Source: an uncultured Nitrososphaerota archaeon
GTDB lineage: Archaea; Thermoproteota; Methanomethylicia; Nezhaarchaeales; B40-G2
Assembly (NCBI GenBank): GCA_964626365.1
Contig: CAZVDL010000005.1
Location: 3,075-67,074, forward strand
Direction of reading: 5' to 3'
DNA length: 64,000 nucleotides
Made by a program: the position numbers and the translations under genes. Positions 37,555 through 46,431 of this stretch are shown one piece after another. The notes under the pieces were generated by a model, which saw only the letters and a list, made by a program, of their open reading frames with translations, searched no databases and had not been told where the DNA came from. Numbering within the stretch: position 1 is the stretch's first letter; the number at the start of each line of letters is the position of its first letter.

Positions 37555-37948
37555 ACTCCAGCTTCATCGCGTCCTTGAGTATCCTAGCGTGGTCGAAGGC
37601 GAGCTTGTCGGGCGGATCCTTAAACACGGCCACCTCCTTAGCGTCGCTCGAGGCCTTAAGCTCACCTCCCACAGCCTCGGCTAGGAAGGCCACCGACACG
37701 TAGTGGCCCCTAGGGTCCCTATTCGGCTCGGAGTACACGCCTACGAGACCGATCAGCTTTACGTCGAGCCCTGTCTCCTCCTTAGCTTCTCTAACTGCCG
37801 CCTCCTCCACGGTCTCTCCGTACTCGACTATGCCGCCCGGTATAGCCCAGTACCCCTTGAAAGGCTCATTCAGCCTCTTAACGAGCACGTAGCCTCCACG
37901 GTACTTAATAACCACGTCTACGGTCAGGACAGGCCCCCTCTCGTTCAT
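37538..37948 (-). CDS. NUDIX hydrolase (ADP-ribose pyrophosphatase-like)
   Basis: Nudix box [35 protein letters not shown]. Confidence 0.92.
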   Translation of the reverse strand: MNERGPVLTVDVVIKYRGGYVLVKRLNEPFKGYWAIPGGIVEYGETVEEAAVREAKEETGLDVKLIGLVGVYSEPNRDPRGHYVSVAFLAEAVGGELKASSDAKEVAVFKDPPDKLAFDHARILKDAMKLESTRAA

Positions 37949-38013
37949 AGCCTCTCCCGTTAGGGTAAAGTTAATGTGTAGCTTAAGTTTTCCTTCACAC
38001 AAGGTGGCGCCTT

Positions 38014-38151
38014 ATGGGCTTAAGCGAGGACGTAAAGTTCGCGATTAAGCTGGCCGTGGCCCTATGCGCGGCCGTGCTTATAATAGGCTACGCCCTCTTT
38101 GGGGAGGAGCTATTCTATAAAATAGCTGAGCTACTCAGCCTCGCCCCTTAG
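38014..38151 (+). CDS. Small membrane protein (45 aa, not in ORF track)
   Basis: MGLSEDVKFAIKLAVALCAAVLIIGYALFGEELFYKIAELLSLAP; AAGGTGG SD; abuts the next gene. Confidence 0.6.
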   Translation: MGLSEDVKFAIKLAVALCAAVLIIGYALFGEELFYKIAELLSLAP

Positions 38152-38152
38152 G

Positions 38153-38773
38153 GTGGTGGGGTTGAAGGTGCTAGCCCTGTCTGACATCCATAGGAGTGTA
38201 TACATGGTGAAGAAGGCGCTAGAGTTTGCTGCAGCCAACGCCTTAGAGGTGGTGACTTGCTCAGGCGACTTTCAAAGCCTCGAGGCCATCAAGGTCCTCT
38301 CAGGCTTCAAGGGCAAGGTCTTTGCCGTCCCCGGCAACATGGATGGAGGCGAGGAGCTCGAGGCACTTGAGGAGGCTGGGGTGAGCCTACATGGCAAGGT
38401 AGCTGAACACGGAGGCTTCCTCTTCGCGGGCGCAGGAGCCCTAAACTTTAAGTGGGCTCTTCAGGCGGTGACGAGCCAGCTAAACAACATTGAGCCTAAC
38501 AAGTTCGTGTTTATCACGCACTACCCGCCGAAGGACTCAAAGGTAGACGTGGCCTTCAACCTCGCTCACGTAGGCAGTAGCTCAGTGAGGGAGTTCATAG
38601 AGTCGTATAGGCCGGCGGTTTGCCTATGTGGCCATATACATGAGGCTAGAGGGGTAGATTGGCTGGGCGAAACTCTGCTCGTTAACCCAGGCCCGCTGGC
38701 TAGGGGGTACGCGGCTATAGTGGACGTGGCTAAGCGTCAAGCTGAGCTAATCGAGGTTGGAACCCTAGAGTAG
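38153..38773 (+). CDS. Calcineurin-like metallophosphoesterase
   Basis: SDIH, SGDF, PGNMD, THYPP, GHIHE, NPG. Confidence 0.9.
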   Translation: MVGLKVLALSDIHRSVYMVKKALEFAAANALEVVTCSGDFQSLEAIKVLSGFKGKVFAVPGNMDGGEELEALEEAGVSLHGKVAEHGGFLFAGAGALNFKWALQAVTSQLNNIEPNKFVFITHYPPKDSKVDVAFNLAHVGSSSVREFIESYRPAVCLCGHIHEARGVDWLGETLLVNPGPLARGYAAIVDVAKRQAELIEVGTLE

Positions 38774-38825
38774 GGCTGCGTAGTCCTTATTAAAAGTAGG
38801 GGACGAGGTTTAACCGGGGTTTAGG

Positions 38826-39572
38826 TTGCCCGACGAGATTGAGGTCGTGGAGACGAGGCCGGTTAAGCCGGGGGCCAAGGCGATTGAGGGATTGCCCGAC
38901 GTGGGCTTGGTGGGGGCGATAGCTACATCCTACCTCGTCGACTTATTGAACCTTGGCGAGGTGGCCTACATAGACTCAGAGCTCCTACCGCCCATAATGG
39001 TGTTGCATAAGGGGAGGCTTAAGAGCCCCATTAGGATCTACGGGGACAACGACCTGCTAGTCTTGGTCTCTGAGATCGCTATACCCCCCGACGTTCTAAG
39101 CCCCCTCGTGAAGGCCTTAGCCGACTGGTTTAAGTCCAAGGGAGTGAGGTTAATGGTGTCCCTGGGCGGAATACCCGTACCTAACAGGCTTGACATCGAG
39201 ACCCCAGCGGTGTATGGAGTGCCAAACGGCGACGAGGCGATGGAGCTCCTCAAGAACAAGGGGATAGAGCTTATGGAGGAGGGCTTCGTGGCCGGGGCCT
39301 ACGCCCTCTTCCTACGTGAATCAACTAAGCGTGAGGTTCCAGCTCTAGCTCTGCTAGCCCAATGCTTCCTTCAATACCCCGATCCAGGGGCTGCCGCGGC
39401 CACGATAAGCGCGCTCGGGAAACTCCTCGATAGGGACTTCGACATTAAGCCGTTGATAGAGAGAGCCGAGGAGATTAGGATTAAGACTAGGGACTTGATG
39501 AAGCAGGCAAGGACAGCTATGGTTGGCATGCAGAAGCCTAGGGAGCACGAGGTGCCCTTGATGTACACGTGA
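38826..39572 (+). CDS. Proteasome assembly chaperone family (PAC2/PbaB-like) with a C-terminal HbYX motif
   Basis: GLPDVGLVGAIA, PIRIY, YPDPGAAA, ends LMYT. Confidence 0.9.
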   Translation: MPDEIEVVETRPVKPGAKAIEGLPDVGLVGAIATSYLVDLLNLGEVAYIDSELLPPIMVLHKGRLKSPIRIYGDNDLLVLVSEIAIPPDVLSPLVKALADWFKSKGVRLMVSLGGIPVPNRLDIETPAVYGVPNGDEAMELLKNKGIELMEEGFVAGAYALFLRESTKREVPALALLAQCFLQYPDPGAAAATISALGKLLDRDFDIKPLIERAEEIRIKTRDLMKQARTAMVGMQKPREHEVPLMYT

Positions 39573-39573
39573 G

Positions 39574-40002
39574 GTGGTGGAGTTGTGGAGGCGTAGGAGA
39601 TCTCTCTTGGACTGGATCGACGAGTTCTTTGAGAGGTTTGAGGAGGAGTTCTTTAAGCCTAGCTGGGATGCTGAGTCCTGTTGCCTTGAGCCCTTGGTGG
39701 ACGTCGAAGAGCGCGACGACGTCATCGTGGTGACCGCGGACCTCCCCTTCGTGGAGCGTAAGGAGGATATCAGGCTAGATGTGACTGAGAACACCTTGAC
39801 CATAGAGGCCACCATGGTTAGAGGCTTTAGGCTCGAGAGATGGGGCACTGTTCAGCGCAACGTCGAGTTTAAGAGCTTTAGGAAGCTGGTTAAGCTCCCA
39901 GCCCCAGTAGACCCTGAGGGTGCGAGGGCTACGTTCAGGCGTGGGATACTGAGAGTGGTGTTGCCTAAAAAAGTGAGGAGGTTTACCATCAAGATCGAAT
40001 AA
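39574..40002 (+). CDS. Small heat shock protein (Hsp20)
   Basis: PLVDVEE, ADLP, LPAPVDP..ARATFRRGILRVVLPK, C-terminal IKIE (IxI). Confidence 0.92.
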   Translation: MVELWRRRRSLLDWIDEFFERFEEEFFKPSWDAESCCLEPLVDVEERDDVIVVTADLPFVERKEDIRLDVTENTLTIEATMVRGFRLERWGTVQRNVEFKSFRKLVKLPAPVDPEGARATFRRGILRVVLPKKVRRFTIKIE

Positions 40003-40287
40003 CTATTCTCCTCCCTCCTCCTCGACGGCCTCGCTGAAAGTCTCGAGGAAGATTTCATAGTACTCCCTTGCGAGCTCGCGCTCCTCTTTACGCTGTTTCT
40101 CTAAGGCTGGGAGCTCCTCCACCACGGCGGTCCCTCTACGTTTAGAGTCGTCTATTTTCTCAGTCCACGTGTAGCCCTTAGACCTAGATAGCGGCTTAGA
40201 GTAGCCGCAGACCCTGCATGTTAAAATGACCTCTCCCTTATCTGAGGAAGGGACAAGTAGTTTACCACATTTCGGGCAAAACTCCAT
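40003..40287 (-). CDS. TFS/RpoM-like protein with only the N-terminal zinc ribbon
   Basis: MEFCPKCGKLL..LTCRVCGY; no second CxxC pair or QxRxxDE motif; acidic tail. Confidence 0.8.
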   Translation of the reverse strand: MEFCPKCGKLLVPSSDKGEVILTCRVCGYSKPLSRSKGYTWTEKIDDSKRRGTAVVEELPALEKQRKEERELAREYYEIFLETFSEAVEEEGGE

Positions 40288-40426
40288 GAATATGACCTCT
40301 AGCTTTGATTCGAGGCAGGTTCCAATAAGCTAACACCTTTATATACTTTTTAGTCTTCACAGAAGGCGTCTATACATCATGGTGCGCGGAGGGGGCCCTA
40401 GCCATTTTAATAGGCTTGCTTAAAAG

Positions 40427-41200
40427 TTGAGTGGGGTAAGCTACTTGATACCGCTGGGAGTTGAAGGTGTCCGTAAAAAGCCCTACGTTACGTGGATGTT
40501 GGTGATAACCAACACCGCAGTGTTCTTCCTCCTGTTCCTCTCAGAGGCCTTGCCCTCAGCTATAGCTCTTTACGGGCTGACCCCCCTGAAGCTGATTAAG
40601 GGCAAGGGCCTCTACACGCTTATAACCTCGCTGTTTCTTCACGCTGATATACTCCACTTAGCTAGCAATATGATCTACCTGTACGTGTTTGGAGGGGCAG
40701 TCGAGGCGCGGCTTGGATCCAAGTACTTCCTGCTATTCTACTTGCTATGCGGCATAGACGCCTCACTCATACATACATGCATCGAGCTCGTGGTTGGCCA
40801 CCCACTGAACATACCATGCATCGGAGCCAGTGGAGCTATCTCAGGGGTGCTAGGGGCTTACTTAGTGCTGTTTCCAGGGTCCTTCGTCAACATAATGACG
40901 TTGACCCTCCTAGGACTCCCGCTAATCATACCGGTCCCAGCTTTCCTCTTCTTAGCCATATGGTTCATATACCAGCTCTGGATGGGCATGATCAGCTTAT
41001 CGCTACCTTACTTCATAGGGGTAGCCTTCTGGGCACATATAGGCGGCTTCCTATCAGGCATGATAGCGGCGCTGCCGCTTAGGCGTAAAAGGTACGTGGT
41101 CCGTTACGGGAAGGTCTGGTATGAGGTGCCAGTTAGGTTTAACACCGGTAGCTTAGCCGTTAAAGTCTGGAGGAGTGGTTTTGGAGAGGCCTCGATGTAA
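40427..41200 (+). CDS. Rhomboid intramembrane serine protease
   Basis: TSLFLHADILHLASNM, GASGAISG, AFWAHIGGF. Confidence 0.92.
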   Translation: MSGVSYLIPLGVEGVRKKPYVTWMLVITNTAVFFLLFLSEALPSAIALYGLTPLKLIKGKGLYTLITSLFLHADILHLASNMIYLYVFGGAVEARLGSKYFLLFYLLCGIDASLIHTCIELVVGHPLNIPCIGASGAISGVLGAYLVLFPGSFVNIMTLTLLGLPLIIPVPAFLFLAIWFIYQLWMGMISLSLPYFIGVAFWAHIGGFLSGMIAALPLRRKRYVVRYGKVWYEVPVRFNTGSLAVKVWRSGFGEASM

Positions 41201-41969
41201 GGAGTGTGGAGCCCCCTTAGACCCTTTAAGTGGGCGTAGATGTAGGTACTGCGGCGAATGGGTATGTATGGCCCACCTCCTCCCCGAGTTACACCACTGT
41301 ACAGGTCTAGTTAGGGGGCCGACCACTAAGGGGGCCTGGTTTAGGACGTTTGAGGTCGAAGCTCCAGCCTATGTGCACTTTAAGCCTGCTAGGAAGCTAA
41401 CCCTAGCCGAGGTTAAGGACCTAGCCTACTCCATAGCGGCGCTAACTGCCGCCTTCACCATACTGGGGGCTAGGACTTACCTGTTCATCGACCCTCTACG
41501 CCTCTTATTCATTGTTCCTATCGCCTTCCTCGCCGTGCTCACCGCCTTCGCCTTCCACGAGCTAGCCCATCGCTTCGTGGCCAGGGGCATGGGGTACTGG
41601 GCTGAGTATAGGGCGTGGCCCCTAGGGCTACTGCTAGCTGTGGCTACATCGTTCTTGGGCATGATCTTCGCGGCCCCTGGAGCAGTATACGTGGAGGGAG
41701 TGACTAGTCGGAGGGACTACGGCGTGATCTCGTTGGTGGGCCCCTTAGTTAATTTATTCGTGGCGGGGCTCCTTAAGTTAACCTCGGTATTCATTCATGT
41801 CGGGGGCCTGCTTGGGCTGGGGCTGTGGTATCTAGCTGACGTTAACCTCTGGCTAGGCGTCTTCAACCTTCTGCCCATACCCCCCTTGGATGGCTCAAAA
41901 GTCTTTAGCTGGAGCCCGGTAGCCTGGGTGGCGTCGATAGGCCTCGGAGTAGCCCTCTTCATACTTTGA
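41175..41969 (+). CDS. AN1-type zinc finger fused to an M50 site-2 protease
   Basis: CKEC..CRYC..CMAHLLPELHHC, then FHELAH, GPLVN, FNLLPIPPLDGSK. Confidence 0.87.
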   Translation: MVLERPRCKECGAPLDPLSGRRCRYCGEWVCMAHLLPELHHCTGLVRGPTTKGAWFRTFEVEAPAYVHFKPARKLTLAEVKDLAYSIAALTAAFTILGARTYLFIDPLRLLFIVPIAFLAVLTAFAFHELAHRFVARGMGYWAEYRAWPLGLLLAVATSFLGMIFAAPGAVYVEGVTSRRDYGVISLVGPLVNLFVAGLLKLTSVFIHVGGLLGLGLWYLADVNLWLGVFNLLPIPPLDGSKVFSWSPVAWVASIGLGVALFIL

Positions 41970-42019
41970 GGGACACAAAGTTAATATGGTGGCACGTGGC
42001 TCCTGGGCTGAGGTCCAAG

Positions 42020-42691
42020 ATGACCGAGGTAGTCGTAGCCGAAGAGGGAGAAGCACTAGACATAGAGCTAGAGGAGGACTTCATTAAGAGGAATGAGGAG
42101 CTAGCGGCGGACAATCGTAAGTTGGTGGACGAGCATGGCGTTAAGCTAATCGACGTCATGGGCTCCGTGGGCTCGGGGAAGACCACGCTCATAGAGGCCT
42201 TGACTCAGAGACTGAGGGGTAAGTATAGGATAGCGGTGATAGCCGGGGACGTAGCTACCACGGTGGACGCTGATAGAATTAGGAGGTTGAATGTGTCCTC
42301 CATCCAGGTCAACACGGGCAGGGAGTGTCATTTAGACGCTAACTTGGTCAGGAAGGCTTTAATGAAGCTAGACCTCAAGGACTTAGACCTCGTGTTCATA
42401 GAGAACGTAGGCAACCTGATATGCCCAGCCGACTTTAAGCTGGGCGCCCATGTAAGGGTCGTGGTTGTAAGCGTAACGGAGGGTCCCTACGTGGTGGTTA
42501 AGCACCCCTTAATTTTCAGGGAGGCCGACGTCGCCGTAGTCAACAAGGTCGACCTAGCTGAGGCCATGGAGGTGGACCCTGATAGGCTCGTAAATGAAAT
42601 TAAGAGCGTTAAGCCAGGCATCGAGGTAGTGAAGGCTAGTTTAAAGAGAGGAGTGGGTGTGGACGAAGTTATAAGGGCCCTTAAACTGTAA
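42020..42691 (+). CDS. hypB: Hydrogenase nickel incorporation GTPase HypB
   Basis: GSVGSGKTT, NTGRECHLDA, FIENVGNLICPA, SVTEG, NKVD; start ATG 42020. Confidence 0.92.
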   Translation: MTEVVVAEEGEALDIELEEDFIKRNEELAADNRKLVDEHGVKLIDVMGSVGSGKTTLIEALTQRLRGKYRIAVIAGDVATTVDADRIRRLNVSSIQVNTGRECHLDANLVRKALMKLDLKDLDLVFIENVGNLICPADFKLGAHVRVVVVSVTEGPYVVVKHPLIFREADVAVVNKVDLAEAMEVDPDRLVNEIKSVKPGIEVVKASLKRGVGVDEVIRALKL

Positions 42692-42700
42692 CTCTCGCAG

Positions 42701-42757
42701 GGCCGATGAAGAGGCGTGTAAGGGTAGAACGGTGATAGCAGGACCGGGACGGAGGCC
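42701..42757 (+). ncRNA. Candidate box C/D guide sRNA
   Basis: GGCC stem, C ATGAAGA (42706-12), 12-nt guide, D' TAGA (42725-28), C' GTGATAG (42732-38), 11-nt guide, D CGGA (42750-53), GGCC. Confidence 0.55.
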
Positions 42758-44031
42758 TACCTCCAGTATTTTCTTGGGTCTGTGATCCTGCCCTCCACGG
42801 CGGAGGCAGCCACGGTGGCTGGGGACGCCAAGTAGATTTTGGCCTTGGTGCTCCCCATCCTGCCCACGAAGTTCCTATTGGCGGCGCTGATACATACCTC
42901 CCCGTCGCCAAGTAGGCCTAGATGGCTGCCTAGGCAAGGCCCACACGTAGGGTTGCAGACCATGGCTCCAGCCTCCAAGAACACCTCTATTAGCCCCCTC
43001 CTTAGCGCCTCGCGGTATATGCGCTGAGAGGCGGGTATCACGATAAGCCTCGTCCGCGGGTGTACCTTCCTCCCTCTCAGGATCTTAGCCGCGACCTCTA
43101 GGTCCTCAAGCCTGCCGTTGGTGCATGAACCTATGAAGGCCTGGTCTACCTCCACCCCTTCGACCTCGGTCACCGCCTTTACGTTATCCACGGAGTGAGG
43201 ACAGGCGACCACGGGCTCAAGCTTGTTGGCATCTAAGACTAGCTCGTCGGCGTAGTGGGCGTCCGGATCGCTCCTAACCGCCTTGTAGGGAAACTTAGCC
43301 CTCCCAGCCAAGTAAGCCTCGGTCTTAGCGTCGGCCTCAATTATACCGTTCTTGGCGCCCATCTCGACGGCCATGTTGCACATGGTCATCCTGCCGTCTA
43401 CGCTTATGTCCTCAACGGCCTCCCCCCTATACTCGACGGCCATGTAGGTCGCCCCGTCAGCCTTAACCTGGCCTATAATCGCCAGTACGAGGTCCTTAGC
43501 AGACACGGGCGGCTTCAGCTTGCCCTCTGCCTGCACCTTTAAGGTCTCAGGGACCCTAAACCACAGCTCCCCCGTCGCCATCGCCGCCGCCATGTCTGTA
43601 GACCCTAGGCCCGTGGCGAAGGCTCCTAGCGCCCCATAGGTCGTGGTATGTGAGTCCGCGCCCACTATAACAAAGCCCGGCACGGCGTAGCCCTCCTCGG
43701 GCACGACTTGATGGCATATGCCTCCCCTGCCTACGTCATAGAAGCTGGTTATGCCCTGCTCCTCTACGAAGCTCCTAAGCATTTTATGGAACTCCGCGGC
43801 TTGAAGAGTGCTGGCAGGGACCTGGTGATCAAACACGACGACGATCCTTGAGGGGTCCCAAACCCTGATCGCACCCATGGCCTTAAGCGACTTGATAGCC
43901 ATGGGCCCTGTGAAATCGTGAATCATGGCTAGGTCGACTTTGGCTACCACTACCTCGCCAGCTGAGACCTCTCTCTTACCCGAGGCCCTAGCAAGTATCT
44001 TCTCAGTTATGGTCATCCCCAAGCCGTCCAC
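42757..44031 (-). CDS. leuC: 3-isopropylmalate dehydratase/homoaconitase family large subunit
   Basis: MTITEKILA, FDHQVP, GICHQ, GADSHTTTYGA, GSCTNGR, CGPCLG, NRNFVGRMG. Confidence 0.9.
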   Translation of the reverse strand: MDGLGMTITEKILARASGKREVSAGEVVVAKVDLAMIHDFTGPMAIKSLKAMGAIRVWDPSRIVVVFDHQVPASTLQAAEFHKMLRSFVEEQGITSFYDVGRGGICHQVVPEEGYAVPGFVIVGADSHTTTYGALGAFATGLGSTDMAAAMATGELWFRVPETLKVQAEGKLKPPVSAKDLVLAIIGQVKADGATYMAVEYRGEAVEDISVDGRMTMCNMAVEMGAKNGIIEADAKTEAYLAGRAKFPYKAVRSDPDAHYADELVLDANKLEPVVACPHSVDNVKAVTEVEGVEVDQAFIGSCTNGRLEDLEVAAKILRGRKVHPRTRLIVIPASQRIYREALRRGLIEVFLEAGAMVCNPTCGPCLGSHLGLLGDGEVCISAANRNFVGRMGSTKAKIYLASPATVAASAVEGRITDPRKYWR

Positions 44032-44146
44032 CCCTTAAGCCGTGCATAGCGTCCACGCAGCCTTTAAGCTTACATGGGGAGGGGGCTGGAGAAGCCTTAT
44101 CTACTCTTCCTTTTTGACAATGAGAACAGCTTAAGGTGGAGGGGCT

Positions 44147-45223
44147 TTGAGCAAAAGCCTTAGCGGGGTCCCAGAGCTCTCGGTAATAGTTCCCACTTAC
44201 AACGAGAGGGAGAACTTACCGCTGCTCGTTGAGAGGGTAGAGGAGGCGCTTAAAGGCAGAAGCTTTGAGCTTATAGTAGTTGATGACAATAGCCCCGACG
44301 GCACAGCCGAAGAAGCATTAAGGCTCGCCGAAAAGTACGGCAACCTGAAGGTCATACGGAGGCCGGGCAAGCTGGGGCTAAGTTCAGCCGTGCTCGACGG
44401 CGTCAGGGAGGCTAGAGCCGGCGTCATCGCGGTCATGGACGCCGACCTACAGCACCCTCCGGAGCTGCTACCTAAGATGCTGGGGAAGATAGGGGAGGGC
44501 TTCGACCTAGTGGTAGCTTCAAGGTATATTGAGGGAGGAGGAGTTGAGGGGTGGAGCTTCTGGAGGAGGTTGATTTCTCGGGCCGCCACGTTGATGGCTA
44601 AGCTAGCTCTCCCAAGAGTTAGGGGCTTAAGAGACCTAATGTCGGGCTTCTTCATGTTTAAGAGGGAGGTCATAGAGGGGGTCGAGCTAAGGCCTAGAGG
44701 GTTTAAGGTCCTACTCGAGATACTGGTTAAAGGTAGGTGGAGCCGAGCCGCTGAGGTCCCATACCTCTTTAAGCCTAGAGAGAGGGGTAAAAGTAAGCTA
44801 GGAGCTAGGGTCATGTGGAACTACGTCGAACAACTCTTAGAGTTAAGCAGTTATAGACCTCTTAAGTTCGCTGCAGTGGGCTCCATCGGGGTGGCCGTGA
44901 ACGAAGGCCTACTCCATGTACTAATGCACTTCCTGCCCCTCCAGCTAGCTGGCGCCATCGCTATAGAGACCTCTATCTTAAACAACTTCATCCTCAACGA
45001 TCAGTGGACGTTCAAGGATAGGAAGGTGGGGAGGTGGGCTTATAGGTGCCTAAAGTATCACGGAGCGGTGGCCGTAGGGGGGCTAGTGAACTACGTCGTG
45101 CTCCTGGCTCTAACCTTACTCTTCGGCGTACATTATCTCATCTCAAACCTAATCGGCATATTGATGGGCTTCCTCGCCAACTACGCTGTGAGTGAAGTCT
45201 TCGTGTGGAGGTCAAGGCAATGA
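44147..45223 (+). CDS. Dolichol-phosphate mannosyltransferase-like GT2 with a C-terminal GtrA domain
   Basis: VPTYNERENL, VDDNSPDGT, MDADLQHPP, GFKVLLEIL; then KFAAVG..NNFILNDQWTF. Confidence 0.9.
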   Translation: MSKSLSGVPELSVIVPTYNERENLPLLVERVEEALKGRSFELIVVDDNSPDGTAEEALRLAEKYGNLKVIRRPGKLGLSSAVLDGVREARAGVIAVMDADLQHPPELLPKMLGKIGEGFDLVVASRYIEGGGVEGWSFWRRLISRAATLMAKLALPRVRGLRDLMSGFFMFKREVIEGVELRPRGFKVLLEILVKGRWSRAAEVPYLFKPRERGKSKLGARVMWNYVEQLLELSSYRPLKFAAVGSIGVAVNEGLLHVLMHFLPLQLAGAIAIETSILNNFILNDQWTFKDRKVGRWAYRCLKYHGAVAVGGLVNYVVLLALTLLFGVHYLISNLIGILMGFLANYAVSEVFVWRSRQ

Positions 45224-46431
45224 AGGACTCTAAGCAATCATTGATGAGCAGGGCCATAAAGGTGCTGACAGCGGCGCTTCTACTGAGGACTGGCTTCTGG
45301 ATGCACTTAGAGCTTAACATGGTGGAGAACCTCCCCGGCCTCTTATGCGCCCTCCTACTGTACGTGTTATCCTTCGTGTTGATTGTGGAGGCCTTCACCG
45401 ACTTAGACCTGACCAGGGTGACTAGGTCCCTGACCGTAGTCGTTATAGCGCTCTTCGCGGCCGCCTTCGTTTTCTCCGCCCCTAACGCTCCTCGATACTG
45501 TACCGACGCCATGCTGTTTACCAGGTACGCCGTAGAGCTTCTCCTTGAGGGGCATAACCCTTACGCCTACTCCATGCAGCAGGCTCTGTTGAAGTACGCC
45601 ACCATGGATTATCGGTGGCTGACGGAGACTCTTGAGGGGGCCCCCGTGTCCACATACAGTTACCCCTCGCTAAGCTTCCTAATCTATGTCCCAGCCTTCC
45701 TGGCTGGTTTAAGGGATGTAGGGGCAGTTATGGCAGCCTTTTTCTGCTTGACGGCCTTCTTCCTCGTCAAGGAGACCCCTCAGGAGTACAGGTTGCTCCC
45801 CATCTTAATCCTATTCTTAGACCCTATGTTAGCTGTGCTCTCTTACGTAGGGGCTCACGACGTGGTCTGGATGTTCTTCCTCCTCCTGGCCATGAAGTAC
45901 TTTAACCCCCGCTCTAAGGATAGCTTGAGGGTTAGTGCTATACTCCTTGGGGTTGCCTTCGCTGTAAAGCAGACCCCTTGGTTAATACTCCCCTTCCTCG
46001 TTATCTGGACAGTTAAGGAGGCTGGTGTTAAAAGGGCGGCTGAACTCATATCCATAGCCGCGCTGGTCTTCTTAGCCCCTAACCTCCCCTTCATGTTGTG
46101 GGACTTTAACTCGTGGCTTGAGGGGGTGTTGACGCCCGTAGCTAAGCCTCTTATACCTCAGGGCTATGGGCTGGTGGCCTTAGTCTATGAAGGCTACGTG
46201 TACCTCCCCAAGGAGTTCTTCACGGTCGCCACGGTGACGGTGGCAGCTACCCTCCTAGCCCTTTACTGGCTTAACTTTAACGACAAGGTGAAATACCTAG
46301 CCTGGGTAGTACCCATGTTCGTGTTGTTCTTTGCCTGGCGAAGCTTACCCAGCTACTTCATGTTCTTCATACCGGTAGCCTACTATGCCGCCCTGTTAAT
46401 GGTGAAGGAACATGGCCTCCTTAAGGCTTAA
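45220..46431 (+). CDS. Multi-pass GT-C-type membrane glycosyltransferase (GT87-like)
   Basis: TDA..LLEGHNPY, YSYPSLSF, GAHD, AVKQTPW, PNLPF; about 11 TM helices; ATGA overlap with the GT2 gene. Confidence 0.72.
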   Translation: MKDSKQSLMSRAIKVLTAALLLRTGFWMHLELNMVENLPGLLCALLLYVLSFVLIVEAFTDLDLTRVTRSLTVVVIALFAAAFVFSAPNAPRYCTDAMLFTRYAVELLLEGHNPYAYSMQQALLKYATMDYRWLTETLEGAPVSTYSYPSLSFLIYVPAFLAGLRDVGAVMAAFFCLTAFFLVKETPQEYRLLPILILFLDPMLAVLSYVGAHDVVWMFFLLLAMKYFNPRSKDSLRVSAILLGVAFAVKQTPWLILPFLVIWTVKEAGVKRAAELISIAALVFLAPNLPFMLWDFNSWLEGVLTPVAKPLIPQGYGLVALVYEGYVYLPKEFFTVATVTVAATLLALYWLNFNDKVKYLAWVVPMFVLFFAWRSLPSYFMFFIPVAYYAALLMVKEHGLLKA

